Source: Candidatus Bathyarchaeota archaeon
Lineage (GTDB): Archaea; Thermoproteota; Bathyarchaeia; Bathyarchaeales; Bathycorpusculaceae
DNA length: 64,000 bases
Direction: 5' to 3'
Assembly: GCA_963775685.1 (NCBI GenBank)
Contig: CAVZJV010000011.1
Location: forward strand, 27,546-91,545
In this document: positions 21,254 to 31,800 of the stretch, in pieces
Layout of the letters: every line of letters starts with the position of its first letter
Numbering within the stretch: the stretch's first letter is position 1
Notes under the pieces: model-generated
Databases searched by the model: none
What the model was told of the DNA's origin: nothing
Seen by the model: only the letters and a program-made list of their open reading frames with translations
Made by a program: the position numbers and the translations under genes

Positions 21254-21715
21254 TTATTCGCCGAGTTTGTCGACTATTTTTTGCTTAATCTTGGACGAGC
21301 TATCTAAAGCATTCTCCCCATACTTGCCAATTCGCACGACCATAATGGGCATTTTATGGGTATCAATGTACTCTTTGACTTCATGCTCCATTTCCGTTTG
21401 GTCATAGCCCAATGCAATAACGTCTGGCTTGATTTTCTCTATAACTTCACCGATTTCAAGCCCTTCATAGCCAAGAACAGCTTCATCAACCACCCTTAGA
21501 GTTTCCACCAATGCGCAACGCTGTTCCTCACTCATAATCGGCTTTCTATCCTTGATCTTCTCTACCGTACTGTCCCTTGCGACAATGACTATGAGTTTTG
21601 CGTTTTTTCCACCTGCCATCTTGGCATCTTCCAAAAACCTCACGTGACCAAGATGAAGCAGGTCAAATACGCCTGAAGCTAAGACTACTCTTCGTTTTCT
21701 GGTTTTGTTGGCCAT
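21254..21715 (-). CDS. ribL: archaeal FAD synthase
   Basis: SGVFDLLHLGH, VARD, KPDVIALGYDQ, SSSKIK. Confidence 0.88.
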   Translation of the reverse strand: MANKTRKRRVVLASGVFDLLHLGHVRFLEDAKMAGGKNAKLIVIVARDSTVEKIKDRKPIMSEEQRCALVETLRVVDEAVLGYEGLEIGEVIEKIKPDVIALGYDQTEMEHEVKEYIDTHKMPIMVVRIGKYGENALDSSSKIKQKIVDKLGE

Positions 21716-21966
21716 TCAAATTTCACTGCGCCGATTAATCTTAGTGTGTCCAGTATGCCTTCACAGTAGGCAACGCTGGTTAAGCTGGTTTCAAGCTTGC
21801 CCTGCGCTTTATAATACTTTGCGTCCTCAAAATAATCCGTTGCCCAACGAAGAACGGTCGCCACCGACGCCTCATTTAAGCTGATAGGGGTTTTGTTTCG
21901 TTGGAGTTCGCTAAAGACTTTTTTAGCCATTGAAATGTACTTGGACGTAAGCTCTTCTAAATTCAT
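21685..21966 (-). CDS. DUF357 protein
   Basis: YFEDAKYY...SVAYCEGILD; usual neighbour of dph5. Confidence 0.8.
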   Translation of the reverse strand: MNLEELTSKYISMAKKVFSELQRNKTPISLNEASVATVLRWATDYFEDAKYYKAQGKLETSLTSVAYCEGILDTLRLIGAVKFEWPTKPENEE

Positions 21967-22760
21967 TTGGCAAGCCTCCTAAATGCAATTGGTGCACCCC
22001 CAAAAGTCATCAGAGCTTCGACTTCCATAAAATGCAGCACACTAGGAATTATTAGGCTGTAAGGTGGTTCACCGAAATCAAAGTTTGCCAAAGCTCTAAT
22101 AAAATCCGCTTTTAGCATTGGGTTGGTGTTCCCTGCCCTTGCAATTCCAACCGCAACAGTATCAGGGGTGACCACATTTAGCTTCTTTTTTTGTTCAATC
22201 TCAAGAAGCATGTTGAGGGCTTGATTGATTGACAAGTACTGGTTCTCGCTCGCTTTCAAATCCAGCAGGCAGAGGGTATGCAAGCCAATCTGTTTGTTCT
22301 GGGCAATCACGTTGTAAGGAGTTTCAGAAAAATTTTCTGGGAAAGGTATAGTGACGGTTTTTCCGAACTTATAGTTGTGCAAACCTGAAAGGCTAACAAT
22401 TGCAGAGATGATTGATGTGCCGTGAACTATGCGGGTTTTTATTCCCGACTTTTCCGCGTCGATTCGCAAAGTGACATGGGTAGTTGCGATAAATGGTTCG
22501 CCGGGGACCAGGAATACGGTTTTGCCCGTTTTGGCGGCTTCAAGGATGATTTTGCCGTTTTCTTCCTCAAGCGTCTGCCGCTTGACTAAGTGTACCTTTT
22601 TGCCACACAGCGCCTCGAAGCGTTCCAGATTGAAATCAGGCATGTGACTGGTATAAGTTTCTATGAAAACGGTGTTGGCGCTTTTGGTTTCTGCTAAGCC
22701 TTTGAGGGTTATGCCTTGTTCATCGTTTAATCCTAAGCCTACAAAGACAAGTTCATTCAA
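21963..22760 (-). CDS. dph5: diphthine synthase
   Basis: LVFVGLGL, ETYTS, ATTH, YKFGKTVT, LHTLCLLD, LHFME. Confidence 0.95.
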   Translation of the reverse strand: MNELVFVGLGLNDEQGITLKGLAETKSANTVFIETYTSHMPDFNLERFEALCGKKVHLVKRQTLEEENGKIILEAAKTGKTVFLVPGEPFIATTHVTLRIDAEKSGIKTRIVHGTSIISAIVSLSGLHNYKFGKTVTIPFPENFSETPYNVIAQNKQIGLHTLCLLDLKASENQYLSINQALNMLLEIEQKKKLNVVTPDTVAVGIARAGNTNPMLKADFIRALANFDFGEPPYSLIIPSVLHFMEVEALMTFGGAPIAFRRLAK

Positions 22761-22800
22761 CGCTAAAACCTTTCAAAATAATTGAGGGTTAAACCTAAAA

Positions 22801-22983
22801 TCATTTTTCTTTAATATCGCCGTTTTCAACCAAAATGTTGTAGTAGTACCTGCATGTACCCGAGGAAAGTCCATGTCGCGAGCAAAATATTGCGAGAAGT
22901 TCCTCCATTGGTTGGTTGGGGTCTTTCTCTTTAACCATTTCTCTTAGTTCTTGGATTTTGTGCTTGTCTAATTTGTCGGTCAT
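22801..22983 (-). CDS. small hypothetical protein
   Basis: 60-aa ORF with GGAGG RBS. Confidence 0.6.
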   Translation of the reverse strand: MTDKLDKHKIQELREMVKEKDPNQPMEELLAIFCSRHGLSSGTCRYYYNILVENGDIKEK

Positions 22984-23142
22984 TTTTATCCTCCGTGCGT
23001 TAACTTCATATTACCATTGTTTTACCCTCTCAAAAACCCTTTTATTGAAATGCATATTTGGATGGAACATCCAACCAAACCTTTATATGATTACATTAAA
23101 AAGAAAACCATACATTTAGCGGCTTACTGAAGGAACAAAATA

Positions 23143-24279
23143 ATGAAGCCTATAGAGAGCCTAGTTCGCGACAACGTAAAAAATCTTAAGCCCTGCGTGC
23201 ATGGCGCGGAGGTTTTGGGTGCCGCAGAGGAAAGTGGGCTTTTGCCGCAAGATATTTTAGATTTTAGCTCCAGCGTGAATCCGCTGGGTCCATCAAAGCA
23301 GGCACTTGACGCCGCAAAAGCTGCGTTCAGCCAAATCGCAGCTTACCCGGACTCTAACTCAAACGAGCTACGGCAAGTAATTGCCAGCCACTTTGGCATA
23401 GCTAAACAAAACATCGTGGTGGGCAATGGCTCCACCGAACTCATGTACTTGTTTGCGGAAGTTTTCCTAAAAAAAGGCGACACAACCGTTATGCCAGCGC
23501 CGACCTTTGGTGAATACGAAAGTGCCGTTTGCAAATCTGGTGAAACACCAAAATTCGTCAAGCTGAGCAAAACCTTTGCGATTGAGCCAGAAGCGTTCAA
23601 ACGTGAGATGGCTGGAGCAAAACTTGTTTTCCTATGCAACCCCAACAACCCAACCAGCATGCTTATTCCCCAAGAAACCCTGACAGAAATTATTGAAAGT
23701 GCTCTAAAACATGACACTTTTATTTTCCTCGATGAGGACTTCTTGGAGTTTGTGCAAGACGAAAAAGAGCTGTCGATGATTGGGAAAATAAACAAGTACC
23801 CAAATTTGTTCATTTTGCGGTCTTTCACAAAGATTTTTGGGTTAACTGGTTTGCGTGTTGGCTACGGAATCGCCAACCAAGACATAATCAACATGCTGTC
23901 ATGTGCCAAGATTCCATGGAACGTAAACTGTTTAGCGCAGGCTGCTGCCGTGGCGGCGCTGAAGGATGAGGCGCACTTGCGGTTAACGCGTGACCTTATT
24001 AAGAAAGAGAGGGCATGGCTGCGGGATGCACTCGCAAAATTTCGCACATTCGAGTTCTCGGAGCCCGATGCAAATTTCTTCTTCATAGATATCCGCAAAT
24101 CTGGCTCAAATGCCGCTGAAATCAAAAGCAAAATGCTTTCAGAGGGCATCCTGATCCGCGACTGTACTTCCTTCAAAGGCCTTGATGGATACCACATTCG
24201 CGTTGCCATCAAAACCCATGAAGAAAATGTACGGATGATTGATGCTTTCAGCCGGATAGTACAGCGGTTTGAGTCGTGA
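23143..24279 (+). CDS. cobD: L-threonine-O-3-phosphate decarboxylase (CobD; HisC-like PLP enzyme)
   Basis: HG...LDFSSSVNPLG, GNGSTEL, CNPNNPT, RSFTKIFGLTGLRVGY; next to cbiB. Confidence 0.8.
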   Translation: MKPIESLVRDNVKNLKPCVHGAEVLGAAEESGLLPQDILDFSSSVNPLGPSKQALDAAKAAFSQIAAYPDSNSNELRQVIASHFGIAKQNIVVGNGSTELMYLFAEVFLKKGDTTVMPAPTFGEYESAVCKSGETPKFVKLSKTFAIEPEAFKREMAGAKLVFLCNPNNPTSMLIPQETLTEIIESALKHDTFIFLDEDFLEFVQDEKELSMIGKINKYPNLFILRSFTKIFGLTGLRVGYGIANQDIINMLSCAKIPWNVNCLAQAAAVAALKDEAHLRLTRDLIKKERAWLRDALAKFRTFEFSEPDANFFFIDIRKSGSNAAEIKSKMLSEGILIRDCTSFKGLDGYHIRVAIKTHEENVRMIDAFSRIVQRFES

Positions 24280-24282
24280 CCT

Positions 24283-25254
24283 ATGTTTTGGTTTGACTTT
24301 TCATGGTTTATCGATTCCGGTCTAATCTTCACAATAGCCTTCCTGATTGACTTGGTTTTAGGCGAGTTTCCAGACAGAATTCACCCAACCATTGGCATTG
24401 GCAAAATGATTTCCTACTTTAAACGGAAATCGAAAAACGTAAATCCGCAGGTTGAGAAAGCAAACGGCGTATTAATGGCGCTGGTCATCATAATGGTCAT
24501 TGCGATTCCGGTGTTTCTGTTTCTTTTTTGGCTTAGAACTCTTCTATACGGCGAAATCCTCTACATCGCAGCAGGCGCCATACTATTCAAAGCAACCTTC
24601 GCTATCCGAGGAATGGGGCAATACACCAAACCTATCGCGAAGGCATTGAAAAACAACGATTTGTCTGAAGCACGAAAGTGGCTGCCCTACATTGTCAGAC
24701 GTGACCCATACGCACTCAATGAACACCAAATCATATCTGCAGCCGTCGAGTCAATTGCCGAAAGCACAACTGATGGGATTACTGCTCCATTTTTCTTTTT
24801 TGCCCTCTTTGGGGTTCCAGGAGCCTTTGCATATAGAGTGGTTAATACTTTGGATTCGATGGTTGGCTACAAGAATGCAGAATACAAAAACATCGGTTGG
24901 TTCTCGGCGAAACTGGACACTATTGCCAACTACGTTCCTGCACGTTTGACTGCTTATTTGATGGTTGGGGCAGCTTTACTTTCGGGCGAAGACTGGCGTG
25001 AATCTTACCGAATCCTTCAACGAGACAAACATAAAACTGCAAGCCCAAACGCTGGATACACTATCTCAGCCATGGCAGGGGCCCTAAACATCCAGCTTGA
25101 AAAACAAGGCTACTACAAACTGGGCGACAGCCACGGAATCTCGGCGGAACATATTCCTAAGGCTTTGCGAGTGATGACGGTTACGGCGGTGCTGTTTGGG
25201 TTGGTCGTGGTTGTGCCTATTTTGGCTTTAAGAGTTTATGTTGCTGGGCTATAG
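24283..25254 (+). CDS. cbiB: adenosylcobinamide-phosphate synthase CbiB
   Basis: AVESIAES, YRVVNTLDSMVGYK, SPNAG, MAGAL. Confidence 0.93.
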   Translation: MFWFDFSWFIDSGLIFTIAFLIDLVLGEFPDRIHPTIGIGKMISYFKRKSKNVNPQVEKANGVLMALVIIMVIAIPVFLFLFWLRTLLYGEILYIAAGAILFKATFAIRGMGQYTKPIAKALKNNDLSEARKWLPYIVRRDPYALNEHQIISAAVESIAESTTDGITAPFFFFALFGVPGAFAYRVVNTLDSMVGYKNAEYKNIGWFSAKLDTIANYVPARLTAYLMVGAALLSGEDWRESYRILQRDKHKTASPNAGYTISAMAGALNIQLEKQGYYKLGDSHGISAEHIPKALRVMTVTAVLFGLVVVVPILALRVYVAGL

Positions 25255-25482
25255 TTCTTTTTTTCCTATAGCCCCGTATAAAACGGCGAAGATCTCCTTC
25301 TTGAAAATGATTAATCTTTTAATGGTGACTGGGCCGTCTTAGGGTTCACCTAAACATAATTTGTTTAAAATCAGTGTTTAAAAGAGGCTACTTGGATGCA
25401 GGGCATTTAAAATTACTTGGTGATGGCTGTTTTCTCGCTAGACTTGATAATGTTTAAATTTCTGCCACAGATTAACGAAATT

Positions 25483-26127
25483 ATGAGTAAACCAAACCTT
25501 AGCATAACTAAACAAGCCTTTATCGGATTATCGGCGCTTGCAATCGTCATGTGGCTTGCGCTGTTTTTGCCTGCATGGTACTTAGTTATTGGCAAGGAAG
25601 GATCTATTGGCTTACATTTGTAAAAAAGATCGTACCCTTACTGCGAACAGATTAAAAACTGGTCCCATGGCGGAAAAAGAAAAGAGCCAAAAGGTAACTC
25701 AAGCGTTTGCAGCAGTTTTCTTCATCTTGTCGCTTCTGGTTCCACCCCTTGATTTTCATTCCATTGGTCAAACGTTTCCCTTTATTGGTTGTTGTCTCAG
25801 ATGTTTTGTTGTTCTTGGGCTTGCTTTGGTTTTTCTTGTTTTTAGAGAAAACAGCTTCACCTCAGACGTTATCGAAGTCTCCGCTGGACAAAGTGTAATT
25901 TCAACAGGTCCTTACTGTGTTGTTCGCTACCCCCTGTACACAAGCGCTCTTCTTATGCTGTTCTTCTCTCCTTTAGCGTTAGGCTCTTTTTGGGGGCTGC
26001 TCTTCTTCCCAAGGCTCATAGTAATTGGTTTTAGGCTTGTTAAAAGAAAAATTTCTGGAAAAAAAGCTGCCAGGCTACGCAGAATATACTAAAAAACCGT
26101 TACCGCCTGGTTCCCTTTATCTGGTAA
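25483..26127 (+). pseudogene. isoprenylcysteine carboxyl methyltransferase (ICMT/PEMT) family, several frameshifts and deletions
   Basis: VFRENSFTS, VISTGPY..VRYPLY, PLALGSFWG and terminal YRLVPFIW spread over different frames. Confidence 0.8.
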
Positions 26128-26283
26128 ATAACAGGGAAATTGCTCGTACAATTAGTAGGTTTCTTTCCTAAAAATGCTCGACAGATTCGGTGAATTATAA
26201 GATTGAATTCAAAGTAATATTTATGATGTGGTTTTTATTCTGGCTCGGCATAAATGTATAACTATTAAAGAGGTACATGGGGT

Positions 26284-27462
26284 TTGAATAGGAAACCACT
26301 TGTCAGCATAATCAGCGCGGGCATGTCAAAATTCGGTAGGCGTGACGGTTTACTTGCAAGAGAACTTTTCAGTGAGGCAATAAGTGAAGCATTCAGTCGT
26401 TGTCCTAAACTGGAGCCCAAATGCGACATTAAAGCCCTCTTCATAGGGCACATGGGTGAAGCATACGAGCATCAAGGGCACACTGGCAGCGCTATTGCAG
26501 ATTGGGCTGGTCTTGTAGGAATACCTGCAACTCGTACGGAGGCGGCGTGTGGTTCTTCAGGTGTTGCGTTAAGGTCGGGCATTTACGCGGTCATGTCTGG
26601 CCTTGCCGATGTAGTTGTTGTGGGCGGTGTGGAGAAAATGACGCATCGAACTACCTCTGAGGTTACTGAGTACTTAGCTATGGCTTCAGATTACCCATTT
26701 GAGCAGTTTCACGGAATCACTTTTCCAGGGTTATTCGCATTGATGGCGACTGCACATATGCACACTTACGGCACCACTGAGCAGCAGATTGCATTGGCCG
26801 CCGTCAAAAACCATTATCACGGTAGCCTCAACCCAAAAGCGCACATGCAAAAAGAAATCACTCTTGAAACTGTAATGAATTCCCGCTATGTGGCATGGCC
26901 CCTTAAACTCTATGATTGCTCCCTTATTACTGACGGCGCAAGTTGCATAATCTTAACCAAACCTGAACTCGCAGGCAAATACACAGACCAACCTGTCCAA
27001 ATCGTTGGCAGTGGACAAGCCAGTGACACAATTGGATTGTACGAACGCAAAAGCTTCACCTCGCTTAATGCCACGAAGTTGGCAGCGAAGACAGCCTATG
27101 AAATGGCACAAATCACTCCACATCAAGTAAACTTGGCTGAAGTTCATGACTGCTTCACATTTGCTGAACTTATGGCATACGAAGACCTCGGTTTTTGCAG
27201 CATAGGCAAGGGAGGCAAATTAATCGAAAGCGGCGAAACCCATCTTGGCGGCAGAATCCCCGTTAACACCAGCGGCGGCTTAAAAGCAAAAGGGCACCCA
27301 GTCGGCGCTACAGGAACCGCTCAAGCTTACGAAATTTACCTGCAGCTTACTGGGCAAGCGGGAAAACGTCAAGTAAAAGACGCCAAAGTCGGCTTAACTC
27401 ATAACGTTGGCGGCTCAGGTGCTACCGCAGTGGTTCACATTTACAGGAGCGCACAACAATGA
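26284..27462 (+). CDS. archaeal (SCP2-type) thiolase
   Basis: EAACGSS, EVHDCF, SGGLKAKGHPVGATG, HNVGG. Confidence 0.93.
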   Translation: MNRKPLVSIISAGMSKFGRRDGLLARELFSEAISEAFSRCPKLEPKCDIKALFIGHMGEAYEHQGHTGSAIADWAGLVGIPATRTEAACGSSGVALRSGIYAVMSGLADVVVVGGVEKMTHRTTSEVTEYLAMASDYPFEQFHGITFPGLFALMATAHMHTYGTTEQQIALAAVKNHYHGSLNPKAHMQKEITLETVMNSRYVAWPLKLYDCSLITDGASCIILTKPELAGKYTDQPVQIVGSGQASDTIGLYERKSFTSLNATKLAAKTAYEMAQITPHQVNLAEVHDCFTFAELMAYEDLGFCSIGKGGKLIESGETHLGGRIPVNTSGGLKAKGHPVGATGTAQAYEIYLQLTGQAGKRQVKDAKVGLTHNVGGSGATAVVHIYRSAQQ

Positions 27463-27857
27463 GCATGCAAGAGCCCTTCACGGTCGAGCAGTTCTACAAG
27501 TTCTTGCAACGGGGCAAGTTGATGGCTGGGAAATGCCTAAAATGCGGAAAAATCCATTTGCCTCCACGACCCTTATGTGATAATTGTTTCTCGCAAGAAT
27601 TTGAATGGGTCCCTGTTTCTGGAAAAGGCAAACTGCTCACTTACACGGTTATCAGCATTGCGTCTCAGCAGTTCCAAGCTTTGACACCATATGCAGTTGG
27701 AATTGTCCAGCTGGAAAATGCCTTAAAAATCCCTGGCATGATACAGGGCATAACTCGGGAGCAATTAAAAATTGGGATGGAGTTGACGTTGGATTTCGGT
27801 ACATGCAACACAACGCAGCAATGGCCTCAGTGGCAAAGATACTGCTTCAAACTCTAA
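27459..27857 (+). CDS. DUF35 zinc-ribbon/OB-fold thiolase partner
   Basis: CLKCG..PPRPLCDNC, GKLLTYT, PYAVGIV; ATGA overlap with thiolase. Confidence 0.9.
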   Translation: MSMQEPFTVEQFYKFLQRGKLMAGKCLKCGKIHLPPRPLCDNCFSQEFEWVPVSGKGKLLTYTVISIASQQFQALTPYAVGIVQLENALKIPGMIQGITREQLKIGMELTLDFGTCNTTQQWPQWQRYCFKL

Positions 27858-28098
27858 ACAACTAATAACCAAAGTAGGTGAGTTTTCCTGCCCCGCGATC
27901 GGAAAATAAACCTCGTTTTTTAGGAAGAGAGGGAAACATGCCCCAACCGCTTGGCAGGTAGTTCTCACCTAACAACTTAGCTATTGTATGCTTAATATAA
28001 ATTTTGTATATTTGAGATATACAAAATTTTTTAGCATTTTGCCGCAAAGTTTTATTTACAATTGAAAATATTAATTTTCTCTCAGAAGTTGAATTTGT

Positions 28099-28719
28099 GT
28101 GAAAGAAAAATCGAAGGGTTGTCTGGTTTCCTGCAGTGTTCTTAGGGAGGAACTTGAACAATTAGTCAAGCAGGGCGACCTTGAAGCTGAGCTGGTTTTT
28201 GTAGGCAAATTTTTCCACATTGATTATACAGCTCTAGAGACTAATTTACGCAAAGTTATAGAGCAAACACTTAAAAGATTTAAGGGCAGGGTGGTCTTAG
28301 TTTACGGCGACCTGTGCCTTGGCCAAGACAACGAGATGAAAAAATTATCTCTAGAATACGGCTTAGCAAAGGTTGACGCTGTAAATTGCATCGACTGCCA
28401 ACTAGGAGGAAAAGGAAAATTCTTCGAAGCAGACCCTGATCACAACTTGATGTTTATGGGTCCCGGCATGATAGGTTTCTTTAAGCATGCTAAAGAACAA
28501 ATGCTAAAAGAAGGTATTGATGAGGCAGCGTTTGCAGGTATGTTCGGAGGCATCAAAGGCGCCGTAATTTTGGATACATGTGGTGATGCAGAAAAATGCC
28601 GAGAAGACATAGAGGCATCTGGGATGGGCCTTGAGATTCTTGAAATAAGAAAGATAGGCACCGCGAATATTAAGCAGGTAGTTTTGGATGCAATAGACCA
28701 AGCATGCAGAATCAACTGA
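28099..28719 (+). CDS. DUF1638 family protein
   Basis: SCSVLREEL, VLVYGDLC, DAVNCIDCQLGG. Confidence 0.7.
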   Translation: MKEKSKGCLVSCSVLREELEQLVKQGDLEAELVFVGKFFHIDYTALETNLRKVIEQTLKRFKGRVVLVYGDLCLGQDNEMKKLSLEYGLAKVDAVNCIDCQLGGKGKFFEADPDHNLMFMGPGMIGFFKHAKEQMLKEGIDEAAFAGMFGGIKGAVILDTCGDAEKCREDIEASGMGLEILEIRKIGTANIKQVVLDAIDQACRIN

Positions 28720-28839
28720 CTGACTCTTTTTGCCCCAAAAATGGGTCTATCTGATTGTTTGAGCTATCTAAACTACCGTAAGTATTAAAGAGCCTTCCAT
28801 ACAATAATGCTACCTGTACTCTTGAGGAGTCATCCTTAC

Positions 28840-31800
28840 ATGACTGAAATTACTCCCTCCCTGCCAATGAAACGTATTGAAGATTGGAAAGCACGGTTAA
28901 TTGATCTCTCAAGAAAAAATAACCTTCTCTACTTCTATAGGGGTAAACGTGGAAACCTGCCTATTACTCAACCTGATATGCAAAGAGTTTTTGACGGATT
29001 GGTTTTAAAGAAGCATCGCTTGGAGTTTTGGCAGCCTCCCGAAGAAACTAAAAAAGTTGAGCATCTTGAGAAGACAAAGGGCAGAGGCGAAGGTAAAGCG
29101 GTCAAGGCACGTGCAAAAACGGTTCAACCTGAAGTTAAAGCCGCCCAAACTGAAGAACCAAAACGCCCCACGGCAAATCAACTATTGAGCGGCAGTTTGT
29201 CCCGCATTGATCTTGAGAGGGATCTCAAAAATTTGGAAAGACGCTCGTTGCTATATTACATGGAGCGTGGCGTACGCATCTTACATGTAGCTTTTGGAAC
29301 ATTAAACTGGATTGATGCTGAAACAAAAGAAAATGTCCAGTCACCGCTCATTCTTGTGCCTATAGAATTATCCAAGGTGACTATAATGCAGCCTTACAGC
29401 ATCGTAGTGCCGCCGGTTGAAGATGAAGTTGTCCTAAATCCCGCGTTGCTAGCTAAGCTGAAAAATGACTATAAAATCGAGTTGCCGCCCCTACCTGAGG
29501 AGTGGGAAGAAAAAAAGTTAGCTGACTACTTCAAACTGTTGGATGAAGCTGTGGCGGAGATGGGTTGGAAGACTGCGCCGTCAGTTGATTTGGGGTTGTT
29601 TTCGTTCCAAAAACTGGTTATTTACAAGGATTTGGAATCCAATGCATTACTGGCGACCCAGCATCCCATCATTAAAGCAATTGCAGGAGTAAAAGAAGAC
29701 AGCCTAATTTTGAATGGGCTGCCCGACGAGAAAGACGTGGACAAGATTGAAACACCAGCCAAAACCTACCAGGTTCTAGACGCAGACAGTAGCCAACGCG
29801 TCTCCATCGAATATGCCCTGCGCGGCCAAAGTTTCGTGATGGAGGGTCCTCCAGGCACCGGTAAGAGTCAGACAATTGCCAACATCATCGCAGAGTGCAT
29901 TGCAAATGGCAAAAGCGTACTCTTTGTAAGCGACAAAATGGCTGCTCTGGAAGTTGTTTATAAGCGGCTTAGCGAGGTTGGTTTGGCGCATTTTTGTCTT
30001 GAACTTCACAGCAGCAAAGCAAACAAGCAACAAGTTGTTGCAGAACTCAAACGAAGCCTAGACGAAAACTTGGTCCCTCGCAAGTTGCCTTCGGCGCATG
30101 AGTTTGAGCGAATGATAGAGTACCGTGAAGCACTAAATGGCTACGTCACCGCGCTACATGAGAAGCGTCAATACCTACAGAGAAGCGTATACGATGTCCT
30201 GGGTATTCTCTCGAGCCTTGAGCGGGTTCCTTTTGTGGCTGTTGGCTTAACCGAGTTGGGAACGTTGACTCCGCAGAAGATGCATGAACTCGAAGAGCTG
30301 GTTTCGCAGCTAAGTAAGGTTTGGCAGGTTATCGAGGAACCAGATTTTCCGTGGCTTGGTTACCGCGCAGACACATATAATCTTGAAATTCGAAGTGAAC
30401 TCCTCACCACACTTGTGGGCATAAACCAAACTTTTCGCGGGCTACAATTTGAAGTCGAGGGGTTCTCAGCGAGTTTAGGCGTTTCTCCTCCTGAAACTTT
30501 TACACGTATCAAGTGGCTCCTCGATGTCAGCAAACTCCTTTCTGAGAGTCCAAAACCTGAAGCGTGCTGGCTTACAAACTTGGATGTTGGAAACCTCTTA
30601 GACGAGGCTAAAAATTATCTTGAAACTAGTATCTGGATAAAGTTCACCCGCGTCAGCCTCATGGAACGCTATAACCTCTCCCTTTTCATTCTGGCACTAA
30701 ACAGATCAGCGGAGATTCAGCAAGCAGTTAACAATTTAGGCAAAATGTTGCCTTCAGTCAATGTAGAAACAGGTGTATTACTAGCAAAACGAGAAAAACT
30801 CTTATCCTACCTCAGAAGCACCCAGTTAGCCACCCATAAGTGGTGCGAAACTTCTCAAGCCCTCGCCCAACTTCTCGGACTAGACGGCGCCGACTTGACG
30901 GTTACACAGCTAAAGCAACTTTCTCGAATGGCTATCCTGTGCTTTGCCAATGATAAGCCTGAGCCGCAGTGGTTTGACGCAAAGTACTTTGAGCAGGTCC
31001 AAGCAACTGTCTCAAAAGCAAAGTTACTCTATCAAGAATACAACCTGATAAAGAGTCGGCTAGACCAGATTTACTCTGATGCGCTTTTTGATATGGACCT
31101 TGATGGTCTCATTGAACGTTATAGTGGAGAATATCAAAGTGGTCTAAAAATCTTCAACTCAACCTATCGAAAAGACCAAAAACAAATTGCCCAGATAGCC
31201 AATGAAGGAAAAGTTCCAAAAGAAATCCTAAATGACCTTGTCGATGCAGGAAAAGTCAAAAAACTCCGGGAAAAAATTGAAAAAGAAGCCGAAACCGTCC
31301 GGACCTTGCTGGGGCACTTCTACCGCAAAACCGGGACCGACTTCCAAGGCGCAGAAAAAGCCATAGCTCTAACCGACGAAATCAAAAAGCTGTCATGGGC
31401 AACCCAAATTCCCGAGAAGCTCTTGGCGATAATCACTAATTCTTCGAGCCCTTCGCCAATGATTAAGAATTTGGGTTTGGAACTCCAGGAGTCAGTTGAC
31501 AAATGGGAACTACAGGGCAAAGATCTTGAATCTCTTTTTCCAGTGGGCTTGCCAAGATCAGATGCATCTATCACTTGGACGCCGCTATCCCTGCTTGAAG
31601 AATGGACAAACGAAACAGAAAAACTACTATCTGCTCTGTGTACACTCACGAAAGATACCTTGGTGACCAGCAAGCAGGAACCCAAAACCTTCAAGCAACT
31701 CATCGGAGACCTCAAAAGCTCTGAAGAAATACGAAAAAAAGAAGCCCAAATTGTTGGTGAAAAGGTCCAGTTGCAGGCAAAATTCGGCAGCCGTTTCCAA

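Noticed and set aside
27862-27970. Short minus-strand frame after GGTGA (xPSGWGMFP...)
   Set aside because: No canonical start at the RBS and too short to assign
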